This document shows, one piece after another, positions 40,734-51,176 of a DNA stretch of 64,000 nucleotides. The stretch lies in the NCBI GenBank assembly GCA_013239625.1, contig MU054391.1, positions 6,035,824 through 6,099,823 of the forward strand, read 5' to 3'. Below the pieces are notes generated by a model. It did no database searches and was not told the origin of the DNA. It was given only the letters and a program-made list of their open reading frames with translations. The translations under genes were made by a program, and so were the position numbers. Origin of the DNA: Lama guanicoe (lineage: Eukaryota). Positions within the stretch are counted from its first letter, which is position 1; the number at the start of each line of letters is the position of its first letter.

Positions 40734-41429
40734 CTGCTGGCCTGTTTCTGGCCCTAAGCTCCAGCATAAGTCAGGTGAGCCAGGTTTTCTGACTTTGAAA
40801 GGTGGGGAGGGAGTGAGGGTGGAGGGCATCCAGGGGTGTTCGTGGCTGGTCCTCAGTCCCATGAATGGTCCCAACCATTCTGGAGGATCTGGAACAGGTC
40901 TGGCAGCGAGAAGAACCCCCACCCCATCAGCTCCTGCTGTGGTTGGGCCCAGCCTGGGCCAGCCTCTCTGTACCCCCAGGGTCCTTGGGCACCCAGGGCT
41001 GGACACACAGGCACAGAGGGGCAAGGATGGCCCTGGAGACATCACGGAAGGAGCTGTGACTGACCAGCCAAGTGACCTTGGGCACATCCTTTCTTCTTTC
41101 ACGGCCTCAGCTCACCAGCTGTGAAATGAGAGGGCTGGAGTCTGCTCCAGGGTCTGGAGCCTTCCACTGGAGCAGCAGGGGCTGGGGGGTGCTCACCCGG
41201 GTTTTTAAGGGCTTCTCCAGGAGGACGGTGCCCAGAGACCAAGCCCACAAGGGCTGCCTGGCTCTACCAGGCAGATGGGCCAAGGGTGTTAACCAGGCCA
41301 TCCTGCCCCTCCTGGTATCAATCCCCTTCCTCGGGCCAGCAAGGAGCCTTATCAGGCCAGCCCTGCCCAAGACACCCCATGCCAGATCTTGTAAACCTGA
41401 CATTCCAGGCTGAGTGTGAAGTGTGTGTT

Positions 41430-41431
<2 letters not shown>

Positions 41432-41461
<30 letters not shown>
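41432..41461. repeat. (TG)15 microsatellite
   Basis: Direct reading. Confidence 0.95.
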
Positions 41462-41463
<2 letters not shown>

Positions 41464-42193
41464 CGCGTGCGTGGTGTATCTGGCTCTATTTACACTAGAA
41501 GGACTTATCTAATTGGCTCCTCCTTGACCTCAGGAAAAGGGCAGAGCCAGCCCCTCCCAACAGCTCATCAGCCACTGCCCCGGGGGGAGGGCTCACCCCA
41601 GATCTAGCAGGATGGTTGGGTGAAGGGAGGTGCTTCTTCAAAGCCCTGAATGCCAGGCAGGGGGTGTGGGCTCTAGGTGTTGTGACCATGATCTCTACAG
41701 GAAAGAGGTTTCGAGCCCGCACCCTACTGTGTACTGTTAATTCATTCACGTCGTGCACAAGTGTTCTTGTACTGATGTGTGAAGGAAATTATGAAACAGC
41801 TCCCAGACAGAAACTTTAAAAGAATGAATCAAACTGTACTGAGGAGTGGCACTTTCTAGCAACCAATGAGTTGTCCCCCCACAGCCCCAGCGGGTCCACG
41901 CTCTGCTTAGACCTTTGGAGGGATCCATCCTTTTAGGACCCCTGAGCCCAATCTGTTTGGTGATTTGGGCTTTGCCTCTCTGGCGGTGCAGGGTCAGCCC
42001 TTACCTGGCCTGTTGTCCCCTGAGGGCTGTCCCCTGAGGTTGGCACTCTGCCAGGAATTCCCCATCCTGAAGGACCCCCGGAGTCAGGTTTTAATGGTCT
42101 GGCTCCACTTTAGAGGTAGGGGGCCTGGAACACAGTGAATGCGCTAATTTAGGGGAAACTGACCAGACCTGTGGTACTCTGAACCCATTCCTC

Positions 42194-42224
42194 TGTGTGT
42201 GTGTGTGTGTGTGCGCGCGCGCGC
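42194..42224. repeat. Compound (TG)10(CG)5 microsatellite
   Basis: tgtgtgtgtgtgtgtgtgtgcgcgcgcgcgc. Confidence 0.95.
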
Positions 42225-42987
42225 CCAGTACCTCTGCTTCCTGTGATGAGCATTTCCTTCCATTGTGAGGCTTACATCAGGAAAAGGAGCACATATGACC
42301 CACCTTCTCCTTCCCAAGAATTGGAGTCAAACATCCAACTGCAGCAAAGCTGGGAAGAGGAGACCACTGCCTGATGGGGAAGGTTCTTTCAAAGGGGACG
42401 TTGTCCCACAGGGCCAGACCCCGCACACCCCCACCCCCACCCCCAGGACTGCACACACAGGCAGGGGAGGGACTCGCCAGCTCTGCTTTTCTCTTCTTCC
42501 TTCAGACCGTCTGGCCGATTCATATTTTCCAAAAGGCCTAGTGACCTCACCATCTCTTTATCACTGCTGTGGTTGTAGCTGAGTCAAAAATTTTTTCCAA
42601 CTTCCTTTTACTCTTTCCAGCTGATTTAACTTTCCACATTCAAGGCCAAATTACACACCAGTGACTCCCTCCAGGTAGCAGTGACAACACTGGTTCAGGC
42701 CTTGGTGTGTGGGCTGGACCCTGCTGAGGGACCTCCCAATCCTCCCTTCCTAGAGGCGGGAGCTGAGCGCTGAATAGAAGGCAAGGTGCGGGGAAGGGAC
42801 CCAGGTACCCCTCATTCCACACTGAAGGGCTGTGATCTCCTCCCCTCCCACTGTTCACTCAGAGCCCCCCACCCCACCCTCTCTCTGCCAGGAAAACTCC
42901 TGTTCACCCGTCAGGACTCAGCTGAGGCAGTGCCTGCTCTCGAAGCCCAGTGGGATCGCCCCGTTTAGAGTGGATACCCTTCCCTCC

Positions 42988-43381
42988 CTGCTAGGGTTGA
43001 ACTGTGTCCCCTCCAAACTTCTACAGGGAAGTACCAACCCCCAGTAACTCAGAATGACTGAATTTGGAGAAAGGGCCTGAAAGAGGTGATCAGGGCGAAA
43101 TGAGGTCATGTGAATGGGTCCTGATCCGACATGACTGGTGTCCTTATAAGTAGAGGAGATGAGGACACAGAGAACTCAGACAGAGGAACGGCCACGTGAG
43201 GACACGGGGAGAAGACGGCCACCTGCAAGCCGAGGAGGGAGGCCTCAGGAGAAGTCATGTCTGTGGACACCTCCCTCCCAGCCTCCCAGCCTCTCAGCCT
43301 CCAGCACTGAGAGAGAAGACATTTCTGTCGTCAAGCCCGGCAACCTGTGGCATTTGCTACGGCAGTCGCAGTGGACTAGTG
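42988..43381 (+). mobile_element. MaLR LTR (MLT1B-like)
   Basis: gggttgaactgtgtcccc...gactggtgtccttataag..gaggagat...ctgtggcatttgctacggcag. Confidence 0.85.
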
Positions 43382-43901
43382 CGCTTCCCCTCCCCCCTAC
43401 GCAATGCCCTCCGCCAGCAAGCTCCTTGTTGAAAAGCTCTCTATACCTGGATGTCTCCCTCACTGGACGGTGACTTCCCTGGAGAAGAATTCATCTCCAC
43501 ATCAGTGCCTGGATGTTTGGGTGTTCCGGGAACGCTTATTGGAGTGAATTAAGCTTCTCTTAAACCAGATGCACACACTTTGTACAGCTCCTAGGTTCAC
43601 AGAAGAGGTGAATAGTGGGTCTGGGCACACAGACTCTTCAACCCTCTCGAGGGTTCTGGGCCCTGACGGCACACTAGGCCCCAGGTAACTGATGCTCTGC
43701 GGTCCCCATCGACGCCCATTAGTGCCTTCTGCTCTTGGCCGTGGGCCCTCCCAGGTACGCCCTTGGCATGGGGCTGCTCCCGCTGCTGGCACCTGTCCAC
43801 CTGTCAGTCCAGCCTATTCCCAAACCCACTTATATTAGTTATGCTTGTCACTAAAATGACATTGTGTATTAGATACACATAAAATGATAAAAGTGAATTT
43901 A

Positions 43902-44045
43902 TTTATTTTTTGTTTGTTTTGTTTTGGTGGGAGGAGTTAATTAGGTTTAGTTATTGATTTACTCTTAGAGAAGGTACTGGGGATTGACCCCAGGACCTCG
44001 TGCACGCTAAGCATGCGCTCTACCACTTGAGCTACACCCTTCCCC
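43902..44045 (-). mobile_element. tRNA-Ala-derived SINE (Vic-1-like), full length
   Basis: Reverse complement GGGGAAGGGTGTAGCTCAAGTGGTAGAGCGCATGCTTAGCGTGCACGAGGTCCTGG...AAACCTAATTAACTCC + A-rich tail; TSD core gtgaattta (43893-43901, 44051-44059). Confidence 0.92.
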
Positions 44046-44071
44046 AAAATGTGAATTTAAAGAGGTGTTTC

Positions 44072-44254
44072 AACAAGTTTCTACTGTGTAGCGCAGGGAA
44101 CTATATTCAATATCGTGTAGTAACCTATAATAAAAAAGAATATGAAAATGAATACATGTAGGTACATGTATGACTGAAACATGATGCAGTACACCAGAAA
44201 CTGACACAACATTGTAAACTGACTATACTTCAGTTTAAAAAAATTTTTTTTAAT
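44072..44254 (+). mobile_element. 5'-truncated lineage L1 3' end
   Basis: ctactgtgtagcgcagggaactatattcaatatc...caacattgtaaactgactatacttca + A tail; TSD taaagaggtgtttc / taaagagctgtctc. Confidence 0.85.
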
Positions 44255-44677
44255 TAAAGAGCTGTCTCTCTGAATGCTAAATTAAATGCTTTGGAAAAGA
44301 TTGATTATAGGTAAATTGCTTTAAATATATTGCTGTTGAACGAAGCTGGGTGCCATAGCCAGTCTCCATGAGGGACCCCTGCGATTCTCACCTCTCAGTG
44401 TTCGCCCTTGTGAAGCCCTCTCCCTCAGGACAGCTCTGTGGGGCCGAGATAACACAGTGTAAGTGACACTGAGAGTCTTCCTGCTCTGGAGGAAGCTGTC
44501 ATACCTTAAGGACACGCAAGCCTCTTGGAGAGGCCCACGCAGAGGGGAGCTGAGGCTTCCCATCACCTGCTGGCACCAGCCCGGTGAGGGAGCAGATGTG
44601 GAAGTGGACCCTGCAGTGACCCCCATCCTTCACCTGCCATCCGGCTGCAGCCTTATGAGAAACCCTGAGCAGACCTG

Positions 44678-45159
44678 TGTGGGCGAAAAAAATGTCACCT
44701 GCCATCTCAGTAAACAAAGAGTGTTGCTTTCCATTAAGTTATTAGCCACGGCAGCCCCCACTCCCCCATCGGTGCGCCCTCATGGAAATTCAGAATGGAG
44801 AAAAACAGGAGACTAGTCCCAGATAGTTAAGATGAGTATCAAAGGAATAGTTTCTATGAGCCCAGACTCTTGCATCTTCCCATACATAGAAAAGCACTAA
44901 AATCATTAACTTGAGACGTTTGTTTTTCACAATTAGCAGTAATCTTTCGATTACATGGGTTTTTTGTTTTATTTTGTCTTGTTTTTGTTTTTTCCAGCAA
45001 AAACTATATATCCTGGCCCCCATCTTACCTCTTTGGAACAGTCCCTCAGAGCAATCTGAGAGGCCGTCTCCCAGGCTATGGTCCTCAGGAAGGTCTTTAA
45101 ATAAAACGTGACTTGAAACTTTTGATTGTATGTGGTTTTTAATTTTTTTTCAGTCAACA
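44678..45159 (+). mobile_element. ERV1-type solo LTR (482 bp)
   Basis: Imperfect inverted termini TGTGGGCGAAAAAAA ... TTTTTTTTCAGTCAACA; AATAAA at ~45100; perfect 4-bp TSD CCTG (44674-44677, 45160-45163). Confidence 0.88.
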
Positions 45160-45377
45160 CCTGTATTGGCCAGTTTTTTCCTGAATTCCTGGCTACAGAC
45201 ACTGAGAGAATGAACGATCTCATAGCTTCCAGGCACTGAGTACTGAAGGGATTTGTTACAGAGCAACGGATAACCCGCACGCAGGAGAAGGCCTTCCTAA
45301 AAGAACCACAGAAAAAACAATAACAATTTAAAAGGGGCCTGCACTCGGGTTGTTTCACAAGTGTGTTTTTTTTCTTG

Positions 45378-45470
45378 TATATACATATATACATATATAC
45401 ATATATATATATATAGTATTGTATATATTGTGTGTATATATATATAGTATATATTGTATATATATATAGT
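45378..45470. repeat. (TA)n/(TACATA)n microsatellite, probably derived from a retroposon tail
   Basis: Direct reading; adjoins an L1 3' tip (attgaaatgtagttagtttacaatgttg, ~45471-45505). Confidence 0.85.
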
Positions 45471-45519
45471 ATTGAAATGTAGTTAGTTTACAATGTTGTT
45501 TCAATTTCAAATGCTTTTA

Positions 45520-45665
45520 TTTTATTTTATTTTTAACTTTTTAGGTTTTTTTGTGGGGGTGGGTAATTAGATTTATATAATTTTTTAGAGGAGGTACTGG
45601 GCATTGAACCCAGGACCTCATGCATGCTAAGCATGTGCCCTACCACTTGAGCTATACCCTCTCCC
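45520..45665 (-). mobile_element. tRNA-Ala-derived SINE (Vic-1-like)
   Basis: Reverse complement GGGAGAGGGTATAGCTCAAGTGGTAG...GGGTTCAATGCCCAGTACCTCCTCTAAAA...CTAATTACC. Confidence 0.92.
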
Positions 45666-45821
45666 TATTTTATTTTTTTAATGTATTCTTTAAAAAAATT
45701 TTTTTCTGAGGGGAGGTAATTAGGTTTATTTACTTATTTATTTTTAATGGAGGCACTGGGGATTGAACCTAGGACCTGTGCATGCTAGGCATGCGCTCTA
45801 CCACTAAGCTGTTCCCTCCCC
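45666..45821 (-). mobile_element. tRNA-Ala-derived SINE (Vic-1-like), tandem with previous copy
   Basis: Reverse complement GGGGAGGGAACAGCTTAGTGGTAGAGCGCATGCC...GGTTCAATCCCCAGTGCCTCC...AAACCTAATTACCTCCCC. Confidence 0.92.
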
Positions 45822-47004
45822 TTCACAAGTGCTTTTAAATGCTCTTCAGATTTTAAAGAAGTAGGAAATAGGAGTCAAGGAGTACGATGTGGGCGCTGCT
45901 GATGTGAGACCAGCTAGTGCTCCGACCACGTGACCTGAGCTCAGAGAAGTCTTTGCTCTGACACCAAAGTTGACTGATGGATGTAGTTGTATATAATTTA
46001 AGTTAAAAATACAAATTTTAACATGTTTTGAGTTTTTAAAAATAATTTTCCCCTTCAACCAAATTTTTGATGAACTAAATCAACACCAGTCCAGAAAGCT
46101 TGGGGAAAGAGGGTTTGTAAGTGATTCTCTGCATACAAGTGGATGGCCCTTTGTGCAGTGACCTGGAAGGCTGAATGTCAATCAAACTGTAAAACAGTTA
46201 AATTCTATTTTAAATGTCTCATTAGATAACCTTACAGAGAAAGGGCCCATAATGATTTCTTCAACTTAATCTGGTTTCAGGTCCTGAAATAGCTTAAAAG
46301 GGTAAATTTCTAACACAGGTGGGCCAGACCAGAAATAAGAGAATTCCCACGGAGAGCTGTTTTCTGTGGGTGCTGCGGCCCCCGCCTGCCCTTCAGCTCT
46401 CCTGTTGGCTTGGAGAGAACGGCAAGTTTCTTTTCTTCAGTTTTCACAAACTGAAAGGGGGTTGAGAAAAGGCCTGGCTGCTCCCCCAGCCCGGGAAGGT
46501 GGCAGTCGCTGGTTTCACAGGCTCAAAGCTTGTCTCTGTTTCCCTCTCACATCTTCCCTGGTGCTTCTCCTCACCAGGCTCAATCACCTCCTCCTGGCTG
46601 TCCCCCTGGATTGCCCCTCACCCAGCCCTGTTCTTGTATAACCAGCCTCGTGGATGCCCATGGCTCACCATGACCTTCTCTCCCCTCTGCAGCCTTCACC
46701 CTCCAGTGCTCAGACAATGGTGCTCCTGTCCACCCAACACCTGAGCCAGGAGCCTGAGTTTCTCGCCTCTTCTCTCCCCTGCTCCCCTCACCCACAGATC
46801 CCACATAGTCCTTCAGATCCCCCACCCGCTCGCCCCTCTCTCTTTCTGCTCTCAGGGCCTGAGGACCCACAAATAGTGACTGCCTCGGGGCCAGGAGACC
46901 TGGATCCCAGTCCCGGTTCTGCTGAGCACCGACTCTGGGACCTCAGGCTGACTGCTTCCTCTTTCAGAACTTCAATTTCCCTATATTTAAAAATGCTTTC
47001 ACAC

Positions 47005-47700
47005 CTTCATGCCTTCAGCGAACACTTGTGTACCAGGCACTGTTCTAAGGCATTGTCCCCGCCTGACGAAGCTCACCGCTGGTCAGGGAGGTAGATGTTA
47101 ATCAGATAAGCACACACCTGGTTAACTGGTCACAATTGCCAGGGATGCTATTGACAGGTGAAAGGGGGGTTCTTACCTGCTGGAGTGAGGTTCCGGGCAG
47201 GCTGTCTGACAAGTGACATCCAAGTTGGGACCTTAAGAAGGAGCAAGGGCTGGGAAAGAGGAGCCTGGGGGGCCAGAGTATTTCAGCAGAGACCACAGTG
47301 CCTGTGGACAACCTGGGGCTGAGTGTGGGGTTTTGGAGGAACAGGAAGGGATGAGGCTGGTGAGGTCATGGTGGGCATCAGGCAACGCCCCGTAGGTCAG
47401 ACTCCTGAGAGCAGTGAGGGGCTTTGAGGGGAGCAGCACGATCTATTCGCGATCGAAGAGCTGATCTGTTCTGCGGGTGGTGAGGAAAGAGTGGTCACCA
47501 GAACGAGAGAGAAGCTCTTCCTGAAAGCCAAGTGTGAGATGCTGGCAGTGGTCAGGGAGATGGAGAGGAGCAGACAGATGTCAGGAATATTCTGGAAGCT
47601 GGACTATGGGGACTTGGTGGTGGGTTGGATGGAGGAGGAGGGAGAAAGGGTTGGATCACAGGTGAGGTCCACTTTCGGGCAGGAGTCCTCGGGCGGCCAG
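47005..47700 (-). mobile_element. L2 LINE fragment
   Basis: gaacacttgtgtaccaggcactgttctaagg...gtgacatccaagttgggacctta...tggaggaacaggaagg...tcaggaatattctggaag. Confidence 0.65.
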
Positions 47701-47925
47701 CTTGACCCAAGAACAAATGGAAGGCATGTGAGAGGAGATCATGAGTCCTTTCAAATCATCAGGCATTTAAGAAAGAAAGGGAAGAGGAAGAGGGCAGCAA
47801 ATGGAGAGGAGCATGGAATTCTGGGAAGGATGTGTTGTTACTATTTTTTTAGGTGGGGGACAGCAGAGGGTGCGTAACCACTACAGCTGGGTTTTCCTGT
47901 GAGCTTGTAATGGACTGAATGCCTG

Positions 47926-48464
47926 TGAGACAGGATGGAAGGGGGCAGGGCACAACCACTGAAGGAGTGACACAGCCATTGAGGACAGGTTAACAGGTTG
48001 GAACCAAGATGGCGGGAGATTCGACTTCCAGGAGACCTTGAGCCCCATGGGACACCCGCAGGCGCCATGACAGTTCCATACTGACCATAAAAGGTCAAAA
48101 AGTAGATGGGGGCCCAATTCCTGGAAATCTCCACCCCTTTCCCCAAATAATTGGAATAATCCTCTTACTCATTAGCATATCAAATCACTGAGCCCACAAA
48201 AACGAACAGCCCTACACCTCGTGGTCGCTGTCTCTCTTGCCTTCTGAGATGGCCCCCATTCTGTGTGAGTGTGTATCTAGTTTTACTTTGAACTAAACAC
48301 CCCCACACCTCTCTGTCTCTGTCCCTCTCGCCTTTGGAGATGGCCCACATTCGCCTATGGAAGGTATATCTCCCAAGCTGCCTTCCCTTCTGGGTGAGAG
48401 ACCCCACTCTGTCTATGGAGTGTGTATCTTCTTAAATAAACTTGCTTTCACTTAAAAAAAAAAA
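47926..48464 (+). mobile_element. ERV1-type LTR, family A copy 3; lacks U5 and ends in an A-tail
   Basis: Starts TGAGACAGG; CCAAGATGGCGG; ends aaataaacttgctttcactt followed by A11. Confidence 0.85.
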
Positions 48465-49156
48465 GTCTATTGTCTATTGTGCTGTGGTGTTTTGTTACAG
48501 CAGCCCAAACTGACTACGTCAGGGACGGACCACAGAGTCTCAGACTCACGAGAGGTTGTTCCGTCAGGCAAGTGGTTTAGAGGTGGGCCATGCAGGGTGG
48601 GAGTGGCAGCGGCCCCCTCACACCTGCCCTCGTGCCAGGAAAGCCCCCTGGACACTTCCCACACCCAGCTCAGCAGTATCACCACCTCCTGATGCCCTCC
48701 CACCCTCGGACACAAGACCAGGAACAGCACATGCCTTGGCCGCAGCCCTTTAGAAGTCAGGGCACCAGGCAAAGAGTCAAGAGCTGCCTCTCTGCTGGGG
48801 AAGTGGAAGCCCAGGGCCGTGAGCATGACGCAACACCAGAAGCGAGAGCCCCTCTTCCCCAGGGAGCAGCTGGGAGGCAGCAGGGCTCCCCAGGCTCCCA
48901 GGCACCTTACGACAGCCCCAAGAGAGGAAGGAAGGAGTCACGTCTGCCCACTTTGTCGTCTCCTGTTGGTCCAGTTCACCCCCAGGGGGCTCCCCTGACT
49001 GGGGTGTTGGAGAGAGGGGGGCATTCTCTGGTCCCTTGGGAAGCTTCCAGGAAAGCTTCTTCCTGAAGCCACATCTTCCAGCAGCTTGATCTCAGGCTGC
49101 CTGTCCCCAGAATTGTGAGGAGTTAATGTCTGCTGTTTAAGTCACCCAGTCTGTAG

Positions 49157-49632
49157 TTTTTTTTTTTTTTTAATTGAAGTATAGTCGGTTTACAATGTGT
49201 TAATTTTTGGTGTGCAGCGTAGTGATTCAGGTATACATACATATATATATTCCTTCTCAGAATCTTTTTCATTACAGGCTATTCCAAGGTATTGAATATA
49301 GTTTCCCGTGCTAAACAGTATGACTTTGCTGTTTATCTACTTTGTATATAATAGTGTGTATCCACAAATCCCAAACTCTCAATTTATGCCTCCACCTTCC
49401 CCCTTTCCCCCTGTAACCATAATTTTGTTTTCTATGACTGTGAGTCTGTTTCTGTTTTGTAAATAAGTTCATTTGTGTCATTTTTTTAGTTCCACATATA
49501 AGTGATCATATGGTATTTTTCTTTCTCTTTCTGGCTTATGTCACATAGTATGACAATCTCCAGGTCCATCCATGTTGCTGCAAATGGCATTATTTTATCT
49601 TTTTATTGCTGAGTATTATTCCATTGTGTGTG

Positions 49633-49669
<37 letters not shown>

Positions 49670-50269
49670 CACACTTTATCCAGTCATCTGTCAATGGATG
49701 TTTAGGTTGCTTCCATGTGTTGGCTATTGTAAATAGTGCTGCTATGAACATTGGGGTGCATGTATCTTTTCAAATTAGAGTTTCCTCTGGATATATGCCC
49801 AGGAGTGGGATTGCTGGATCATATAGCATGTCTGTCTTTAGTTTTTTAAGGATATACATACTGCTTTCTGTAATGGCTGCACCAAACTACATTCCCATCA
49901 ACAGTGTAGCAAGGTTCCCTTTTCTCCACCCTCTCCAGCATTTATTGTTCGTGGATTTTTTAATGATGGCCATTCTGACTGGTGTGAGGTGATACCTCAT
50001 TGTAATTTTAATTTGCATTTCTCTAATAATTAGCAATATCGAGCATTTTTTTCATGTGCCTATTGGCCATCTGTATGTCTTCATTGGAGAAATGTTTGTT
50101 CAGGTCTTCTGCCCATTTTTTCATTGGGTTGTTTGTTTCTTTGTTATTGAGTTGTATGAGCTGTTTGTATATTCTGGAAATTAAGACCTTGTCAGTTGCA
50201 TCATCTGCAAATATTTTCTCCCAGTCCATAGGCTGTCTTTTCATTTTGTTTATAGTTTCCTTTGCTATG
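49157..50269 (-). mobile_element. 5'-truncated lineage L1 (ORF2 C-terminus plus 3' UTR and poly-A)
   Basis: Poly-T at 49157; minus [39 protein letters not shown]...[25 protein letters not shown] is L1 ORF2; TSD tgtagttttt / tgtagtatttt. Confidence 0.95.
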
Positions 50270-50292
50270 TGTAGTATTTTATTACAACAACT

Positions 50293-51176
50293 TGTGATTT
50301 TGTGATTTTTAAATAAGAAATATATATTTGATCTTCCTCCTCCCACCCCACCCTACCCCACCCCACCCCCACTTCCTGCCACAGAACTCTTAAAACCCTT
50401 GGAATTTCCTAACTGGTAAGAGAGATAAAGGTGTCTTTTGTTATTCATAACAAGCCACTTTCAGCCACTAGAGTTTATGCTAATGAGGCGACTTTTTGGA
50501 AAACCCCCAGGGAAGGGGCTAGTTGACCTGGAAAACAACTGAGTGATTGGAGGGTTGGAAATTTCTGTCCCACCTCCTGACCTGAGGGGAGTTGGGGTGG
50601 AGACTGAGCTCAGTCACCAACGGGCAATGATTTAATCAGTTGTGCCTGTGTAATGGAGATCTGTAACAATCCCCAAAGTGCAGGGTTTGGAGAGCTTCGG
50701 AGGGGAGGTGCTGGGCGGGTGGCGCACCTAGCCAGGGTGTGGATGCCCCTCCCCGCCTCCCACACACCTTGCCCTAGGCATCTGGTACATCTGTCTCTTC
50801 CTGAGTTCTGTCCTTGTAAAATGAGCTGATAATTTAGTAACTAACTAAACTGTTTTCCTGAGTTCTGTGAGCTGCTTAAGCAAATTAGTCAAACCCGAGG
50901 AGAGGTCACGGGACCCTCCAATCTCTAGCTGGTTGGTCAGAAGCACAGGTGACAACCTGGACTTGGGGTTGGCATCTGAAGGGGGTGGGGGGTAGTCTTG
51001 TGGGACGGAGCCCTTACCCTGTGGGATCTGCCACTCTCTCCAGGTAGATGGGGTTGGAACTGAATTGTAGGGTACCCAGCTGGGCTCATAGAATTGCTCA
51101 ATGTGGCCAAACCAGCGTACCTGGGGCTCAGAGTTTTCTGTGAGTAGGCAGAACCCAGGAGGAGTTTTCCTAGACA
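50293..51176 (+). mobile_element. MER21-like LTR
   Basis: tgtgattttgtgatt...aataagaaatatatatttg...taaaacccttggaatttcctaa...gagtttatgctaatgagg; TG...CA ends with 5-bp TSD CAACT / CAGCT. Confidence 0.8.

Noticed and set aside
34628..48464. Full provirus bounded by the two same-orientation LTRs
   Set aside because: The first LTR has its own TSD, no PBS or gag/pol/env between them, and the LTRs are structurally divergent
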